A stretch of DNA of 64,000 bases from Clostridia bacterium (GTDB lineage Bacteria > Bacillota > Clostridia > Christensenellales > CAG-138), in the NCBI GenBank assembly GCA_017509785.1, contig JAFWOT010000025.1, forward strand, positions 60,394 through 124,393. The letters are read 5' to 3'. The position numbers and the translations under genes were made by a program. The notes under the pieces are model-generated. The model saw only the letters and a program-made list of their open reading frames with translations. It was not told the DNA's origin and did not search any database. Positions 11,775 to 21,258 of this stretch are shown here, piece after piece. The stretch's first letter is position 1, and each line of letters starts with the position of its first letter.

Positions 11775-13320
11775 GATGGTGGTGATGCCCGTGATGCTCC
11801 CCGGGCTCCTCTCCCTTTCGGCGGTCGGTGTAGGCGGTCATGCAGTCGAGGAATATTGCCGCCGCAAGCATATCGGCGCAGCCGCCGCAGTTGACGTTCC
11901 TCTTGATGAGCTCACGGTCGAAGGAGATCACCTCCGCGAGGCGCTTCGAGAAGGGCAGTTCCATTATCTCGGCGGCCCTGCTGCGGACGTATTCCGCGCC
12001 TTCCTTACCCGCCCTCTTATAGGCGTTGGTGTCGAAAAGCTCAGTCATAATGCCGATGAGCGTCAGCGCGTAGCAATCGTTGTCGGAAAGGTTCATCAGG
12101 CGGTAGCCGAGTATCCTGCGGTAGGCGTTGACCGCCGCGGGGAAGCCCGCGCGCGCCTGCGCGTCCGCGCCGAGAAGCCCGCTTCCGGCTTCGTCGGGAT
12201 ATTGACTGCGGACCTCCGCTCCGTTCGTGCCCCTGCCGGGGTCGGGACGGTTCGCCGCCATGCGTTTAGCTTCAGCTATTATATCGAGAGCCTCGCAGGG
12301 TTTTCCTTCCGCAGCGAGCTTTGCGAAAGCCGAAACGAGAAGACCAAGGCAGAATATCGCGCCCTTATGCGTGTTTACGCCGCCGGTCGCCTTCTTCATG
12401 ACGGCCTCCGCCTCGACGCCGAGTATGGTCAGCTTCGTCATGAGGGAAGCGCCGTGCTCGAGCTTGCAGCCCTCGTGCGAGGGGCAGTCGGCGCAGTTGA
12501 CGTTCTCATCCTCCGCGCAGCCCTCGCCGTGCCCGCTCTCGGGGGAATCGGTATCGGCGGCGACGTACGCCATCGAATAGAAATAGGGCATGAGCGCGTC
12601 CGCGCTCGCGCGGAAGAGCTCGGGATCCATATCGGTGTTCGCACCGTTGTTGTTGAGATCGACGAGGCCCGCCTTCGGGGTAGTCTCCACCTCGCGGAGG
12701 AGGGCGCGGTAAGCGGCGTTCGCGGCGGATACCGCAATCGCTTCACGAAGGAGCTCCTTCGTCTTTGCCTGCAATTCCTCCACGGAATGGGTGCGGTTCC
12801 TCGCGCACTCGGCCGCGGGCCTTTCGCAGATGAGGCATTTGCGCGGCTTGGAGCGCCCGAGCTTTTCGCCGTTTTTGTCGATGACGTCGATATCGAAGAT
12901 GCGGCCGAAGCCGTAATTGTTCTCCTCGAGCTTGACGGCCTGCGCCTTCAGCATGCGGGCGTTGAGCCCCGAGAAGCAGAAGAACGCCTCGCACCCGGTA
13001 TTATCTATATGATATTCCTCGTGAACGGGCTTGGCATTGAACATTTCGAGCGTGAGCAAAAGCTGCTCCACGCCTTGGTTGAAGCATATCTCTATGGCGG
13101 GGGAATACTTTATCGGCCCCGCGATGTTCATGGTAAAGCAAACTACCGGCAGGCCGTGCTCCCTTATGAGCTGCTTCTGTTTTGCCGCCCTCGCCTCGCG
13201 CCGAAGAGCCATATCCTCAACGGAAACGGGCTTTATCTCTATCGTTTCGCTGTGATGGTTATGTGAGCAGTTCGCGCCGCAGGAGGCGCAGAGCTTTTCA
13301 TCGCATTTTATCTCGTTCAT
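11767..13320 (-). CDS. citXG: Bifunctional CitX (apo-citrate lyase phosphoribosyl-dephospho-CoA transferase) / CitG (triphosphoribosyl-dephospho-CoA synthase)
   Basis: ATG at 13320 after GAGGT. The N-terminal half matches E. coli CitX as recalled (VVCFTMNIAGPIKYS; GRIFDIDVIDKNGEKL; RKCLICERPAAECARNRTH). The C-terminal half is CitG-like (TPKAGLVDLNNNGANTDMD). It has an extra Cys/His N-terminus and a HHGHHHHHE tail. Confidence 0.85.
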   Translation of the reverse strand: MNEIKCDEKLCASCGANCSHNHHSETIEIKPVSVEDMALRREARAAKQKQLIREHGLPVVCFTMNIAGPIKYSPAIEICFNQGVEQLLLTLEMFNAKPVHEEYHIDNTGCEAFFCFSGLNARMLKAQAVKLEENNYGFGRIFDIDVIDKNGEKLGRSKPRKCLICERPAAECARNRTHSVEELQAKTKELLREAIAVSAANAAYRALLREVETTPKAGLVDLNNNGANTDMDPELFRASADALMPYFYSMAYVAADTDSPESGHGEGCAEDENVNCADCPSHEGCKLEHGASLMTKLTILGVEAEAVMKKATGGVNTHKGAIFCLGLLVSAFAKLAAEGKPCEALDIIAEAKRMAANRPDPGRGTNGAEVRSQYPDEAGSGLLGADAQARAGFPAAVNAYRRILGYRLMNLSDNDCYALTLIGIMTELFDTNAYKRAGKEGAEYVRSRAAEIMELPFSKRLAEVISFDRELIKRNVNCGGCADMLAAAIFLDCMTAYTDRRKGEEPGEHHGHHHHHE

Positions 13321-13342
13321 AAAAACCTCACTATTCGGGCCT

Positions 13343-14086
13343 TCAGAGCCTGCGCTCGAGGCATTTCTGCGCAAGCGCCTCGTCGCCGTTCCGGCGGGCG
13401 GCAAGCGCCGCGTCGTTCCAGAGCGAATTGACGCCGCTCTTCATGGCGGCCTCGTCGCCCGTATAGGCCATGGCCTTCGCAAAGCAGTAGGACGCGCTGT
13501 CAAGATCCGAGGCTTCGAGCCTCGCCTTCCCGCATTCGAGCCATATGCCCGCGATCTCCTCATACGAGGACTCGCCGCAGAGATGGAACACCTTTCCGGC
13601 GGAATCGTAATCGCCGCTCTCGAGGAAGCGCTCGGCGGCGCTCATCCTAACGGGATCGAGCAGGGCAATGTAACTCGACCCGTGCGAAATGCAGGAGAAG
13701 CAGTTCTCCGCTTCGACGCGCTCGTTCTCGGCATAGGCCTTTACGCCGAGCTGATAGTATGCCGAATCGACCTTTGAAAGCACCTCCGACGAGGCGCCCG
13801 CCTTGAGATAATAAGTCCTCGCCTGGGCAAGGTCGCCGCCGTCAAAGCTCGCGTCCCCGGCCGAAAGCCATGCGCGTTTGGCGCGCTCCGCCGAATCGGC
13901 GTAATCCTTCATCGTCTCGAACTGGAGGGCGGCGGGGACGTAATCCCCCGCTTCCGCAAGGGCGACGGCGTCCCTGTATTCATGGAGGGGACGCACCCTC
14001 GATGGGTAGAGCCAGAAGGCGAACACCCCGGCAAATATGAGGAGCAGCGCCCCCATCAGTATAAGTACGAAGAACAGTTTTCTCAC
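13343..14086 (-). CDS. Membrane-anchored TPR-like repeat protein, function unknown
   Basis: GTG start overlaps the citC stop (GTGA). N-terminal TM helix FFVLILMGALLLIFAGVFAFWL, then Ala/Asp-rich helical repeats. Confidence 0.55.
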   Translation of the reverse strand: MRKLFFVLILMGALLLIFAGVFAFWLYPSRVRPLHEYRDAVALAEAGDYVPAALQFETMKDYADSAERAKRAWLSAGDASFDGGDLAQARTYYLKAGASSEVLSKVDSAYYQLGVKAYAENERVEAENCFSCISHGSSYIALLDPVRMSAAERFLESGDYDSAGKVFHLCGESSYEEIAGIWLECGKARLEASDLDSASYCFAKAMAYTGDEAAMKSGVNSLWNDAALAARRNGDEALAQKCLERRL

Positions 14087-15060
14087 AGGAGCTGCCTCTC
14101 TTTCAGATAGTTCAGCGTTGTCGCGGGGACGAGCCGGCAGAGCTCCGCGCCGTCGCCCGAATCGATGGCTTCACGCACGCGGCTCGCGGAGATACCGCCG
14201 AGGCGTTCGATCTCGCTCACCTCTATCCCGTTGGCGGGGAGTATCTCCTTCATCACCTCATTATAAGCCCTCGTCACGGCGCAATAGGGCTCCGTACCCA
14301 CAAAACGCTTTGTTATATTGAGAACAGGAGCGATTTTTAAAGCAAATAGGGTCAAGTCAAGCTCTGCATGGATCCTTTCGACGCTGCCCACGTCCTTTAT
14401 GAAATAGGTCGGGAAGGTCGCCTGGCTGATCATGTATTCGCCGCTCGGGAGGACGGTGACGTTCTCCATCCCCTCCGTGCCGAGCTTGACCATCGCGAAC
14501 CTGTCGGCGAAGGAGAACCGCGACCTGTCCTCGCTGACTACGAAAACGAAGAGGCGGTCGGCCTGCGCGGAGGCGGTCTCTATGAGGTACCTGTGCCCGA
14601 GTGTGAACGGATTGCAGTTCATGACTATCGCGCCGACCGTCCCCCCGAACCGGGGGATGGTCTCCAGCCAGCGCGAGAGACCGGTGCGGGAGTTTTCCAT
14701 GAAGCAGACGTCCCGCGTTGCCGCGAGGGTGTAAAACCCGACGCCGCGGAAGAGCATCTCGTTCGCGGCCTTCGTGAAGAGGAAGAGCTTCGTTATGCCG
14801 CGCCTGTAGGCCTCGGAAACGAGCTCGGAGACAAGCGTGAGCGCCGCGCCCTCGCCCTGCAGGCGTTCGTCGATCGCGATGTATTTGAGGATGTTCCCGC
14901 ATAGGCATCCGTTGCCGAGTATTTCCCCGTAATCGGAAAGGAGCTGCACCGTATGATCGGCGCCGCCCTCATACCTCAGCCCCATCTTATGAAGGAAATC
15001 TTCTGTTTTTTTCAAGCGTTCCGGCGTCAGAAGCACGCCGGACTGAGTATAGAATTCCAT
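14083..15060 (-). CDS. citC: [Citrate (pro-3S)-lyase] ligase
   Basis: N-terminal acetyltransferase-like region plus the nucleotidyltransferase motif NCNPFTLGHRYLIE. Located in the cit cluster. Confidence 0.9.
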   Translation of the reverse strand: MEFYTQSGVLLTPERLKKTEDFLHKMGLRYEGGADHTVQLLSDYGEILGNGCLCGNILKYIAIDERLQGEGAALTLVSELVSEAYRRGITKLFLFTKAANEMLFRGVGFYTLAATRDVCFMENSRTGLSRWLETIPRFGGTVGAIVMNCNPFTLGHRYLIETASAQADRLFVFVVSEDRSRFSFADRFAMVKLGTEGMENVTVLPSGEYMISQATFPTYFIKDVGSVERIHAELDLTLFALKIAPVLNITKRFVGTEPYCAVTRAYNEVMKEILPANGIEVSEIERLGGISASRVREAIDSGDGAELCRLVPATTLNYLKERQLL

Positions 15061-15129
15061 GCGGGAGCATCCTTTTGAGAAATCTCCGCCCCGCCGGGAG
15101 AACGGCGGGACGGAGCGGATAAAACACTA

Positions 15130-16671
15130 TCAGTCGATGACCTCACGGATAACGTCGATAACGGAGTTATCCCTGTACATGAGGATGCCGACGATCTTCT
15201 CACCGTACTTGATGGGCTCGGGAGTGCCGACGATGCGCTCGGCGCGCTCACGGAGCTTCTCGATGGTGGTGACAGGCAGACCCGCCTCAACAAAGCGCTC
15301 ATAGAGCTCGGGCCTGGCGGGGTTGACCGCGATGCCCTGATCGGTGACGACGACGTCGACCGTCTTGCCCGGAGTGCAGACCGTGTTGACGTGGGAGCAG
15401 ATGGTGGGGATACGGCCCCTGAGCAGCGGGCAGACGACAATGGTCATCGAAGCGCCGGCCGCGGTATCGGGATGCCCGCCGACCGCGCCGCGGATGACGC
15501 CGTCGGAACCCGTCATTACGTTGACGTTGAAGTCGGTGTCGACCTCAAGCGCGGAGAGGATGACGAAATCGAGCTGGTTGACGGCGGCGCCCTTGTTTAC
15601 GTAGCTTGCGTAGTAGGACGCGTCGATCTGCTGATGGAAGCGGTTGTTCTTGACGGAGTTCGCCGCGATGAGATCGAAGCTCTGCACGTCGAGGATCTTC
15701 TTGACGAGGCCCTCCTCGTGCATCTGGACGATCTGACCGGTGATGCCGCCCAGAGCGAAACGGCACTTGATATCCTGCTCGATCATCTTCTCGCGCAGGT
15801 ACCTCGCAACGGCAAGGGACGCGCCGCCGGAGCCCATCTGCATGGAGAAGTTGTTCTTGAAATAGCCGGAGGCCACGATCGCGTTCGTCGCGTACTGGGC
15901 GATGAGCAGCTCCTTGGGGTTCTTGGTGAAGCGGGTCGCGCCGCTCATGATGCCGTTGGGATCGCCGATGTTATCGACCTTGACGACGTAATCGACCTGG
16001 CTCTCGGGGATGCCGAAGGGCGTATTCGGGAAGGATACGAGATGATCGGTGATGATTATGCACTTGTCGGCATAGAGGGCGTCAAGCTTCGCATAGCCGA
16101 GGGAACCGCAGCAGGAGCCTTCCTCGGAATCGCGGTTGTAGCCGTTGGCGTTGCCGTACGGGTCACAGGAGGGCGCGCCGAGGAAAGCGACGTCGATATG
16201 CAGCTCGCCCGTCTCGATGGCGGCGGCACGGCCGCCGTGGGAACGGAACACCACGGGGAAATCCATCAGGCCGTGGGAGACGGCGTCGCCCAGCTTGCCG
16301 CGCAGACCGGAGGTCTCGATATGATCGATAACGCCGTTCTTGATGTGGTCGATAAGGGGCCAATGGCAGTCCGTAAGGGAGCTGGCGGCGAGGGTGAGGT
16401 GCTTAAAGCCCATCTTCGCGATAACGTCCATTACCATGTTGACGACGTAGTCGCCGTTCCTGAAATGGTGATGGAAGGAGATGGTCATGCCGTCCTTGAG
16501 GCCGACGCGCCTGATCGCTTCCTCGATGGAGGGAAGGACCTTCTTGGAATCCTGCTGACGCTCGTCAAAGCTCATGAGGTTCTTCTCGGAGACGTTCTCG
16601 GCGGCATATACGCCGTGGCAGGCGGAAACTTCTTTGATGTGGGGAATGGAATCGAAATCAAACTTACTCAT
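15130..16671 (-). CDS. citF: Citrate lyase alpha subunit (citrate CoA-transferase)
   Basis: About 513 aa. GMTISFHHHFRNGD and overall length are typical of CitF. ATG at 16671 after AGGTGA is preferred over GTG at 16680. Confidence 0.92.
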   Translation of the reverse strand: MSKFDFDSIPHIKEVSACHGVYAAENVSEKNLMSFDERQQDSKKVLPSIEEAIRRVGLKDGMTISFHHHFRNGDYVVNMVMDVIAKMGFKHLTLAASSLTDCHWPLIDHIKNGVIDHIETSGLRGKLGDAVSHGLMDFPVVFRSHGGRAAAIETGELHIDVAFLGAPSCDPYGNANGYNRDSEEGSCCGSLGYAKLDALYADKCIIITDHLVSFPNTPFGIPESQVDYVVKVDNIGDPNGIMSGATRFTKNPKELLIAQYATNAIVASGYFKNNFSMQMGSGGASLAVARYLREKMIEQDIKCRFALGGITGQIVQMHEEGLVKKILDVQSFDLIAANSVKNNRFHQQIDASYYASYVNKGAAVNQLDFVILSALEVDTDFNVNVMTGSDGVIRGAVGGHPDTAAGASMTIVVCPLLRGRIPTICSHVNTVCTPGKTVDVVVTDQGIAVNPARPELYERFVEAGLPVTTIEKLRERAERIVGTPEPIKYGEKIVGILMYRDNSVIDVIREVID

Positions 16672-16683
16672 ATCATTCACCTA

Positions 16684-17574
16684 TTATATGTCTTCAACGG
16701 TCATGGTCTTGGCGCGCTCTGCCATCTCAAGCAGGTACTGCGCCCTTGCGACGACGGGCTTGTCGATCATCTTGCCCTTGAGGGAAGCGACGCCCGAACC
16801 CCTGGCATTGGCCTCGGCGATGGCGTCCATAACGGCGCGAGCCTTCATGAGATCCTTCTCGGAGGGGGTGAAGACAGCGTGCAGAGGCGCTACCTGGCGG
16901 GGGTTGATTATGGACTTGCCGTCGAAGCCCATCTTCTTTATCATGGTGGCTTCGGCGATAAAGCCTTCCTCATTATTCACGTCGGAATAGACGGTATCGA
17001 GAGCCATGATGCCGGCGGCCTTGGCGGCGTTGACGATCATGCCGCGGGCGAACATCAGCTCGATGCCCTCGGGGCTCCTGGTGGTCTTGAGGTCGGTAAC
17101 GTAGTCCTCTGCGCCGAGGGCTATACCGATGAGGCGCTTCGAAGCGAAAGCGATCTCCTTCGCGTTGAGGACGCCGTTGGCGCTCTCGATGGCGGCCATC
17201 ATGCCCGTCTTGCCAACGGGGATGCCCGCTTCGCGCTCGATGCGCTCGATCTCACGCTCGCACTCGATGACGTCCTTGGCGGAATCGGTCTTCGGGAGCC
17301 TGATGACGTCGGGCTGCGCGCGGACGATCGCCTCGAGGTCGGCGATGCCGAGACCGGAGCTGAGGTCGTTGATGCGGACGACGAGTTCCTTCTTGCCGTA
17401 ACGCAGATGGGTCAGCGCGTTATAAACGAGGAACCTCGCCGTATCCTTCTCGGTGATGGCGACGGAATCCTCAAGGTCGAACATGATGGAATCGGAACCG
17501 TAGATATGCGCGTCCCTGATCATGCCGGGGTTATTGCCCGGTACAAAAAGCATACTTCTTCTTAATCTGCTCAT
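16684..17574 (-). CDS. citE: Citrate lyase beta subunit (citryl-CoA lyase)
   Basis: MSRLRRSMLFVPGNNPGMI...FDLEDSV is HpcH/CitE family. Its ATG overlaps the citD stop (ATGA). Confidence 0.93.
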   Translation of the reverse strand: MSRLRRSMLFVPGNNPGMIRDAHIYGSDSIMFDLEDSVAITEKDTARFLVYNALTHLRYGKKELVVRINDLSSGLGIADLEAIVRAQPDVIRLPKTDSAKDVIECEREIERIEREAGIPVGKTGMMAAIESANGVLNAKEIAFASKRLIGIALGAEDYVTDLKTTRSPEGIELMFARGMIVNAAKAAGIMALDTVYSDVNNEEGFIAEATMIKKMGFDGKSIINPRQVAPLHAVFTPSEKDLMKARAVMDAIAEANARGSGVASLKGKMIDKPVVARAQYLLEMAERAKTMTVEDI

Positions 17575-17873
17575 TTGACGCCTCCGTTCTTCCAGACATA
17601 AGCTGTGCTCTCGGCGGCGCGGTAGGCGGCGGCCGAAGTCCTTGCCGCAACGGTGCAGTCCAACGCGCCCTTGTCGACGGCGTTAACGTATGCACGGGTG
17701 ATGCCAAGCTCACCCAAGGTCTCTCTGATGACCTTCTCGATCTGCTTGCCGTACTGCTGCATGACAGCACTCTCCAGCGTCAGCTCGACGCCCTCGGTAT
17801 CCTTGGGCTCGATCCTGACGATGATATCGCTGGACTCCATAGTCCCGGCAACACCCGTTTTCTTGATTTCCAT
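17571..17873 (-). CDS. citD: Citrate lyase acyl carrier protein (gamma subunit)
   Basis: ATG at 17873 after GGGAGG. MEIKKTGVAGTMESSDIIVRIEP carries the prosthetic-group Ser context (ESSD). Confidence 0.9.
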   Translation of the reverse strand: MEIKKTGVAGTMESSDIIVRIEPKDTEGVELTLESAVMQQYGKQIEKVIRETLGELGITRAYVNAVDKGALDCTVAARTSAAAYRAAESTAYVWKNGGVK

Positions 17874-17952
17874 GACGAAAAATTCCTCCCATTTTCGTAT
17901 GCTGCTGTATTTGGGCGGCAAAGGAGCTCCTGCCCATCGCGGCCCAACTTAT

Positions 17953-17980
17953 ATAGTACCACTTTTATCCGATTTTTCAA
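17953..17980 (-). promoter_or_regulatory. Putative promoter of the cit operon
   Basis: On the minus strand: TTGAAA, 16-nt spacer, TGgTACTAT (extended -10), about 75 nt upstream of citD. Confidence 0.4.
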
Positions 17981-18029
17981 GAGCGACAATGCATTTTTTT
18001 AATATATTGCGGAAGCGCCCCGAATGTGC

Positions 18030-18066
18030 AAAAAACAAAAAAGCCGGGGCGCGGGGCCCCGGGCGA
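18030..18066 (-). terminator. Intrinsic terminator of the lipoprotein gene
   Basis: On the minus strand: a GC-rich hairpin (GCCCGGGGCCCCGCGCCCCGGC) followed by TTTTTTGTTTTTTG. Confidence 0.55.
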
Positions 18067-18078
18067 AAAGAAGCGGAT

Positions 18079-19140
18079 TCAATAAAGGTCTATCTTCCAA
18101 ACGGCAAATTCCTTCTCAAAGCAGGCCATGACGTAAACCATGCCGTCGCGCCCGACGATAACTTCTTCGGAATAGTCATATGGCTCGAGCTCGGAGAAGC
18201 TGTACGGCATAACGGTGTAACCGAGGACGTTCATCTGCCTGTCCGTTCTGACAATGGCTATGTTGATGAAGGAATCGGTTTCGCCGGCGTTTTCGGGGAA
18301 AACGAAGCAGAAGCAAAGCGTTCCGTCGGGGAATATCCCGACGAGGGAGTACCCGTCAAACGGAGCGTGAAGCTCCGCATCCAAAGGCACGGGATCGCTC
18401 CATTGACAGGTATCGGGATCGAGCACCCTGCAGCTTCCCTCGCTGAACACGCTAATATTGCCGTCCCACGCGGTCATAAAGGACCCGATGGAGCCGTCGG
18501 TACCATCCTGAGGTATGCCCTCTTCAAAGCTTGTGAATTCGCCCGTCGAAAGGATCTCCCTCGAGCGGCAGGAATACATTGTACCGTCGACCGCGATCAT
18601 CGCCATATTCCCAAATGGAAACGCGTTCACCGGCACGCGCGAAGCCGTACCCGCCGCCATATCGTAGACGAACATCGTCTTCTGCGCGCCGTCCGTCAAG
18701 CCGGTCATACCCGAGTCGGAGACATAGATAAGATCCCCGTCGACGGAAAAGCGCGTGGGCCCGAACGCGGGCGAGCTCTCCCCTTCCTCCGATTCGGACC
18801 AGCCGTGATCGTATAAGGGGCCGGGATCGTCGGGAGCCAACGCCGCCGCCTTTTCAGCGCAGCTTTCAAACGGTATCTCTTCGGAAGCGGCAAGTATCTC
18901 CTTAATGGATCTGTCATGCCACCAGCCGGGGTCATTCTCCGGCGTATCGGTGGGAGCCTCGGTGGGTCCCGCAGAGGGATTATCGTCATCCGACACGCCA
19001 CCTTCGGTGCTTTCGGGAAGCGCGGCCTCCTCCGTCGGTTCCGGGGATGCGGGCTTTGGGCTCGAGCTGCAGGCCGAAAGCAGTGCAAGGCCGAACACGA
19101 GAAGCAGCGCGAGACCGGTTCTGCAGATGTATCTTTTCAT
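18079..19140 (-). CDS. Secreted lipoprotein, function unknown
   Basis: Signal peptide plus lipobox LLSAC, a P/E/T-rich linker, and a beta-rich C-terminal body. Confidence 0.65.
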   Translation of the reverse strand: MKRYICRTGLALLLVFGLALLSACSSSPKPASPEPTEEAALPESTEGGVSDDDNPSAGPTEAPTDTPENDPGWWHDRSIKEILAASEEIPFESCAEKAAALAPDDPGPLYDHGWSESEEGESSPAFGPTRFSVDGDLIYVSDSGMTGLTDGAQKTMFVYDMAAGTASRVPVNAFPFGNMAMIAVDGTMYSCRSREILSTGEFTSFEEGIPQDGTDGSIGSFMTAWDGNISVFSEGSCRVLDPDTCQWSDPVPLDAELHAPFDGYSLVGIFPDGTLCFCFVFPENAGETDSFINIAIVRTDRQMNVLGYTVMPYSFSELEPYDYSEEVIVGRDGMVYVMACFEKEFAVWKIDLY

Positions 19141-19174
19141 GATATAGTCTCCTTTCGGTAATTATTCTTTGGGA

Positions 19175-19392
19175 TCACAGGTACGGTCCGAATCCCGCAA
19201 GCTCCTTGAATTCCCAATCGTCGCCTCCGTTATGGGTCAGGAAACAGCAGCTCACCACGGTGGGATCCGTCTCGTTTCTAACCGGGTAGGAGAGTGTAAC
19301 GAGTATCACGCCGCCTCGCGCTCCCTTCCGCATGCGGTGAAGAGCAGCGCGAGACTGAAGGATATGATCGTTATGATCGTTTTGATTTTCAT
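19175..19392 (-). pseudogene. Small lipoprotein gene apparently split by a frameshift
   Basis: ATG at 19392 gives MKIKTIITIISFSLALLFTACGREREAA then TGA at 19306-19308. An adjacent frame continues ...VILVTLSYPVRNETDPTVVSCCFLTHNGGDDWEFKELAGFGPYL to 19175. Confidence 0.3.
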
Positions 19393-19581
19393 CGTAATGA
19401 TCCTCTCTCTTTGCTTTCGTACGGGGCTGCGGGTCGGGCTCCCGCCGGGTCTCCTCATATATTATAACGCACCGGAAGAAAAAAAGCTCCCGTAATTTAT
19501 CACATTTACGAAAATATATTCCGTATTTCCGCTGCACCGCGACTCCTTGCGTTTGCAGGCAACTGCTGTTATAATAAGGAT

Positions 19582-20562
19582 ATGAGGCAGAACCCATATA
19601 AGATAGGCCGCACGAAGGGCATCTCCCCGAGGCTGAAGGATAAATTAAAGCAGCTCCCCACGCTTAAGGGCTACGAGGGGCGCTGGTTCAGGCGCGTGCT
19701 CATCGGCATAGGCGTCGTTCTCGCCGCGCTCATCGCGATACATTTCCTTAAGCCGGAGACCCAGCTCATGAGCTCGGTCGAGATAAAGCGGATAGAATCC
19801 GCGGGTGTGCTCACCGTCGGCGTGAGGGACGATATGCCCGGCTTCTGCGAGAACGGGACGGGGCTCGAGGCGGAGCTCGCGAAGCTCCTCGCGGAGAGGA
19901 TCCTCCCCGATACGGAGGGCGCGGTGAGATTCGTGCCGTGCAGCTCGACGACGGTCACGACCAAGCTGAAGGACGGCAGCATAGACGTCGCCATCGCACT
20001 GCAGCCGAACGGTCAGGGTAGCGCGTACTCCTATTCCTACCCCTATTATTCCGATAAGATCAGCCTTGTGACTCTCGATCCGGCAAACGTAGACAAGGGG
20101 CTCGGCGAGCTTACGATCGGCTACATACCGGGGACCGCGGCGGGGAGTCGTTTCGCCTCATACGCGGCGGAGCTCGGCGCCGCCCCCGAGCAGGGGATAG
20201 TCGACAGGCTCCTTCGAAGGCCCAAGCCCACGCCGGATCCCGAGACCGCGATAATGGTCGAGACGAGGAGATTCGGTTCGATCGACGAGCTGCTTTCCGC
20301 CCTGAAGAGCGGGGCGGTCGACGCGATCGCGCTGCCCGGCGCATACCTGAACAAGTACTTCAACGACCTTGCCGGGGAGACCGACGCGGGTCAATTCTAT
20401 ATCTGCCGCGCCGACGTGGGCTCAGTCGATTACTGCATGCTCTGCTCCTCCGACGAGCCGGCGCTGATGCAGCTCGCGGATATGCTCATTTACGAGCTGA
20501 AGGAGAACGGCACTCTCGAAAGGCTGACGAAGGAATATCTCTCCGATCTGCCGGGCAGATAA
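19582..20562 (+). CDS. Membrane-anchored amino-acid-type solute-binding protein (SBP_bac_3-like)
   Basis: N-terminal TM helix. LTVGVRDDMPGF...ELAKLLAERIL...KLKDGSIDVAIA is typical of family 3 SBPs. Confidence 0.7.
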   Translation: MRQNPYKIGRTKGISPRLKDKLKQLPTLKGYEGRWFRRVLIGIGVVLAALIAIHFLKPETQLMSSVEIKRIESAGVLTVGVRDDMPGFCENGTGLEAELAKLLAERILPDTEGAVRFVPCSSTTVTTKLKDGSIDVAIALQPNGQGSAYSYSYPYYSDKISLVTLDPANVDKGLGELTIGYIPGTAAGSRFASYAAELGAAPEQGIVDRLLRRPKPTPDPETAIMVETRRFGSIDELLSALKSGAVDAIALPGAYLNKYFNDLAGETDAGQFYICRADVGSVDYCMLCSSDEPALMQLADMLIYELKENGTLERLTKEYLSDLPGR

Positions 20563-20666
20563 GTATTTACAAAGATTTTACAAGTTTTTTACTCTTTTTT
20601 GCTTCCGCACCTGTTCACATTCCCTCTGGGAGATGATATAATGAACAGAGCTTCACGAGGATGACT

Positions 20667-21254
20667 ATGGAAAAAAACATCTGCGTATTCGGCGCTTCGT
20701 CGAGCAATATAGATAAAGCCTATTTTGAAGACGCCTACGAGGTCGGCAGGCTCATCGCCCGCTCCGGGTTCGGGATGGTCTTCGGCGCGGGCGATCATGG
20801 GCTCATGGGCGCGGCCGCCCGGGGCTGTTTTGACGCGGGCGGAAGGATCGTCGGCGTCATTCCGGAGAAGCTCAACAAGCCCGGCATATATTTCGAGCAC
20901 TGCACCGAGCGGATAGAGACCGCCACGATGCACGAGCGAAAGGCGAAGATGGAGTCGCTCTCCCGCGGGTTCATAGCGCTGGGCGGCGGGTTCGGCACGC
21001 TGGAGGAATTCATGGAGGTGCTGACTTTAAAACAGCTCCGCTACATGGATCCGGCGATAGTCCTCCTCAACACGAGGGGGTATTTCGCCCCGCTCATCGC
21101 ACAGCTTGAAAAATGCGTTGACGAGGGATTCACCAACAGGGATTTTTCCGCGCTGTATCACGTCGCCTCCACGCCGGAGGAAGCCGTCCGTTACTGCGCG
21201 GAGTACGGGGGAATGAACATCAGGGATAAGCTCCTTGACGCCGGAAGGAGGTGA
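20667..21254 (+). CDS. LOG family / TIGR00730 Rossmann-fold nucleotide hydrolase
   Basis: Motifs GAGDHGLMGAAARG and GGGFGTLEEFMEV. ATG at 20667 lies 6 nt after GAGG. Confidence 0.85.
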   Translation: MEKNICVFGASSSNIDKAYFEDAYEVGRLIARSGFGMVFGAGDHGLMGAAARGCFDAGGRIVGVIPEKLNKPGIYFEHCTERIETATMHERKAKMESLSRGFIALGGGFGTLEEFMEVLTLKQLRYMDPAIVLLNTRGYFAPLIAQLEKCVDEGFTNRDFSALYHVASTPEEAVRYCAEYGGMNIRDKLLDAGRR

Positions 21255-21258
21255 CGCA

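Noticed and set aside
11767-11800. The HHGHHHHHE tail of CitXG looks like an engineered His-tag (a cloning artefact).
   Set aside because: - The run is interrupted (HHGHHHHH) and followed by Glu.
- No vector-like linker is present.
- The codons overlap the native murI start.
- The same protein also has a Cys/His-rich N-terminus.

A natural metal-binding tail is more plausible.
15391-17565. 724-aa ORF on the plus strand across citF/citE. Similar very long antisense ORFs occur at 3038-4324, 6549-7904, 11653-13266, 22368-23432, 24957-26300, 32723-33922, 34692-36422, 39042-40880, 45579-47252 and 48804-50051.
   Set aside because: - They lie exactly opposite genes with strong family motifs.
- Their Arg/Gly/Ala/Asp-rich composition is typical of shadow frames in high-GC DNA.
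- They lack RBSs and carry no recognisable motifs.
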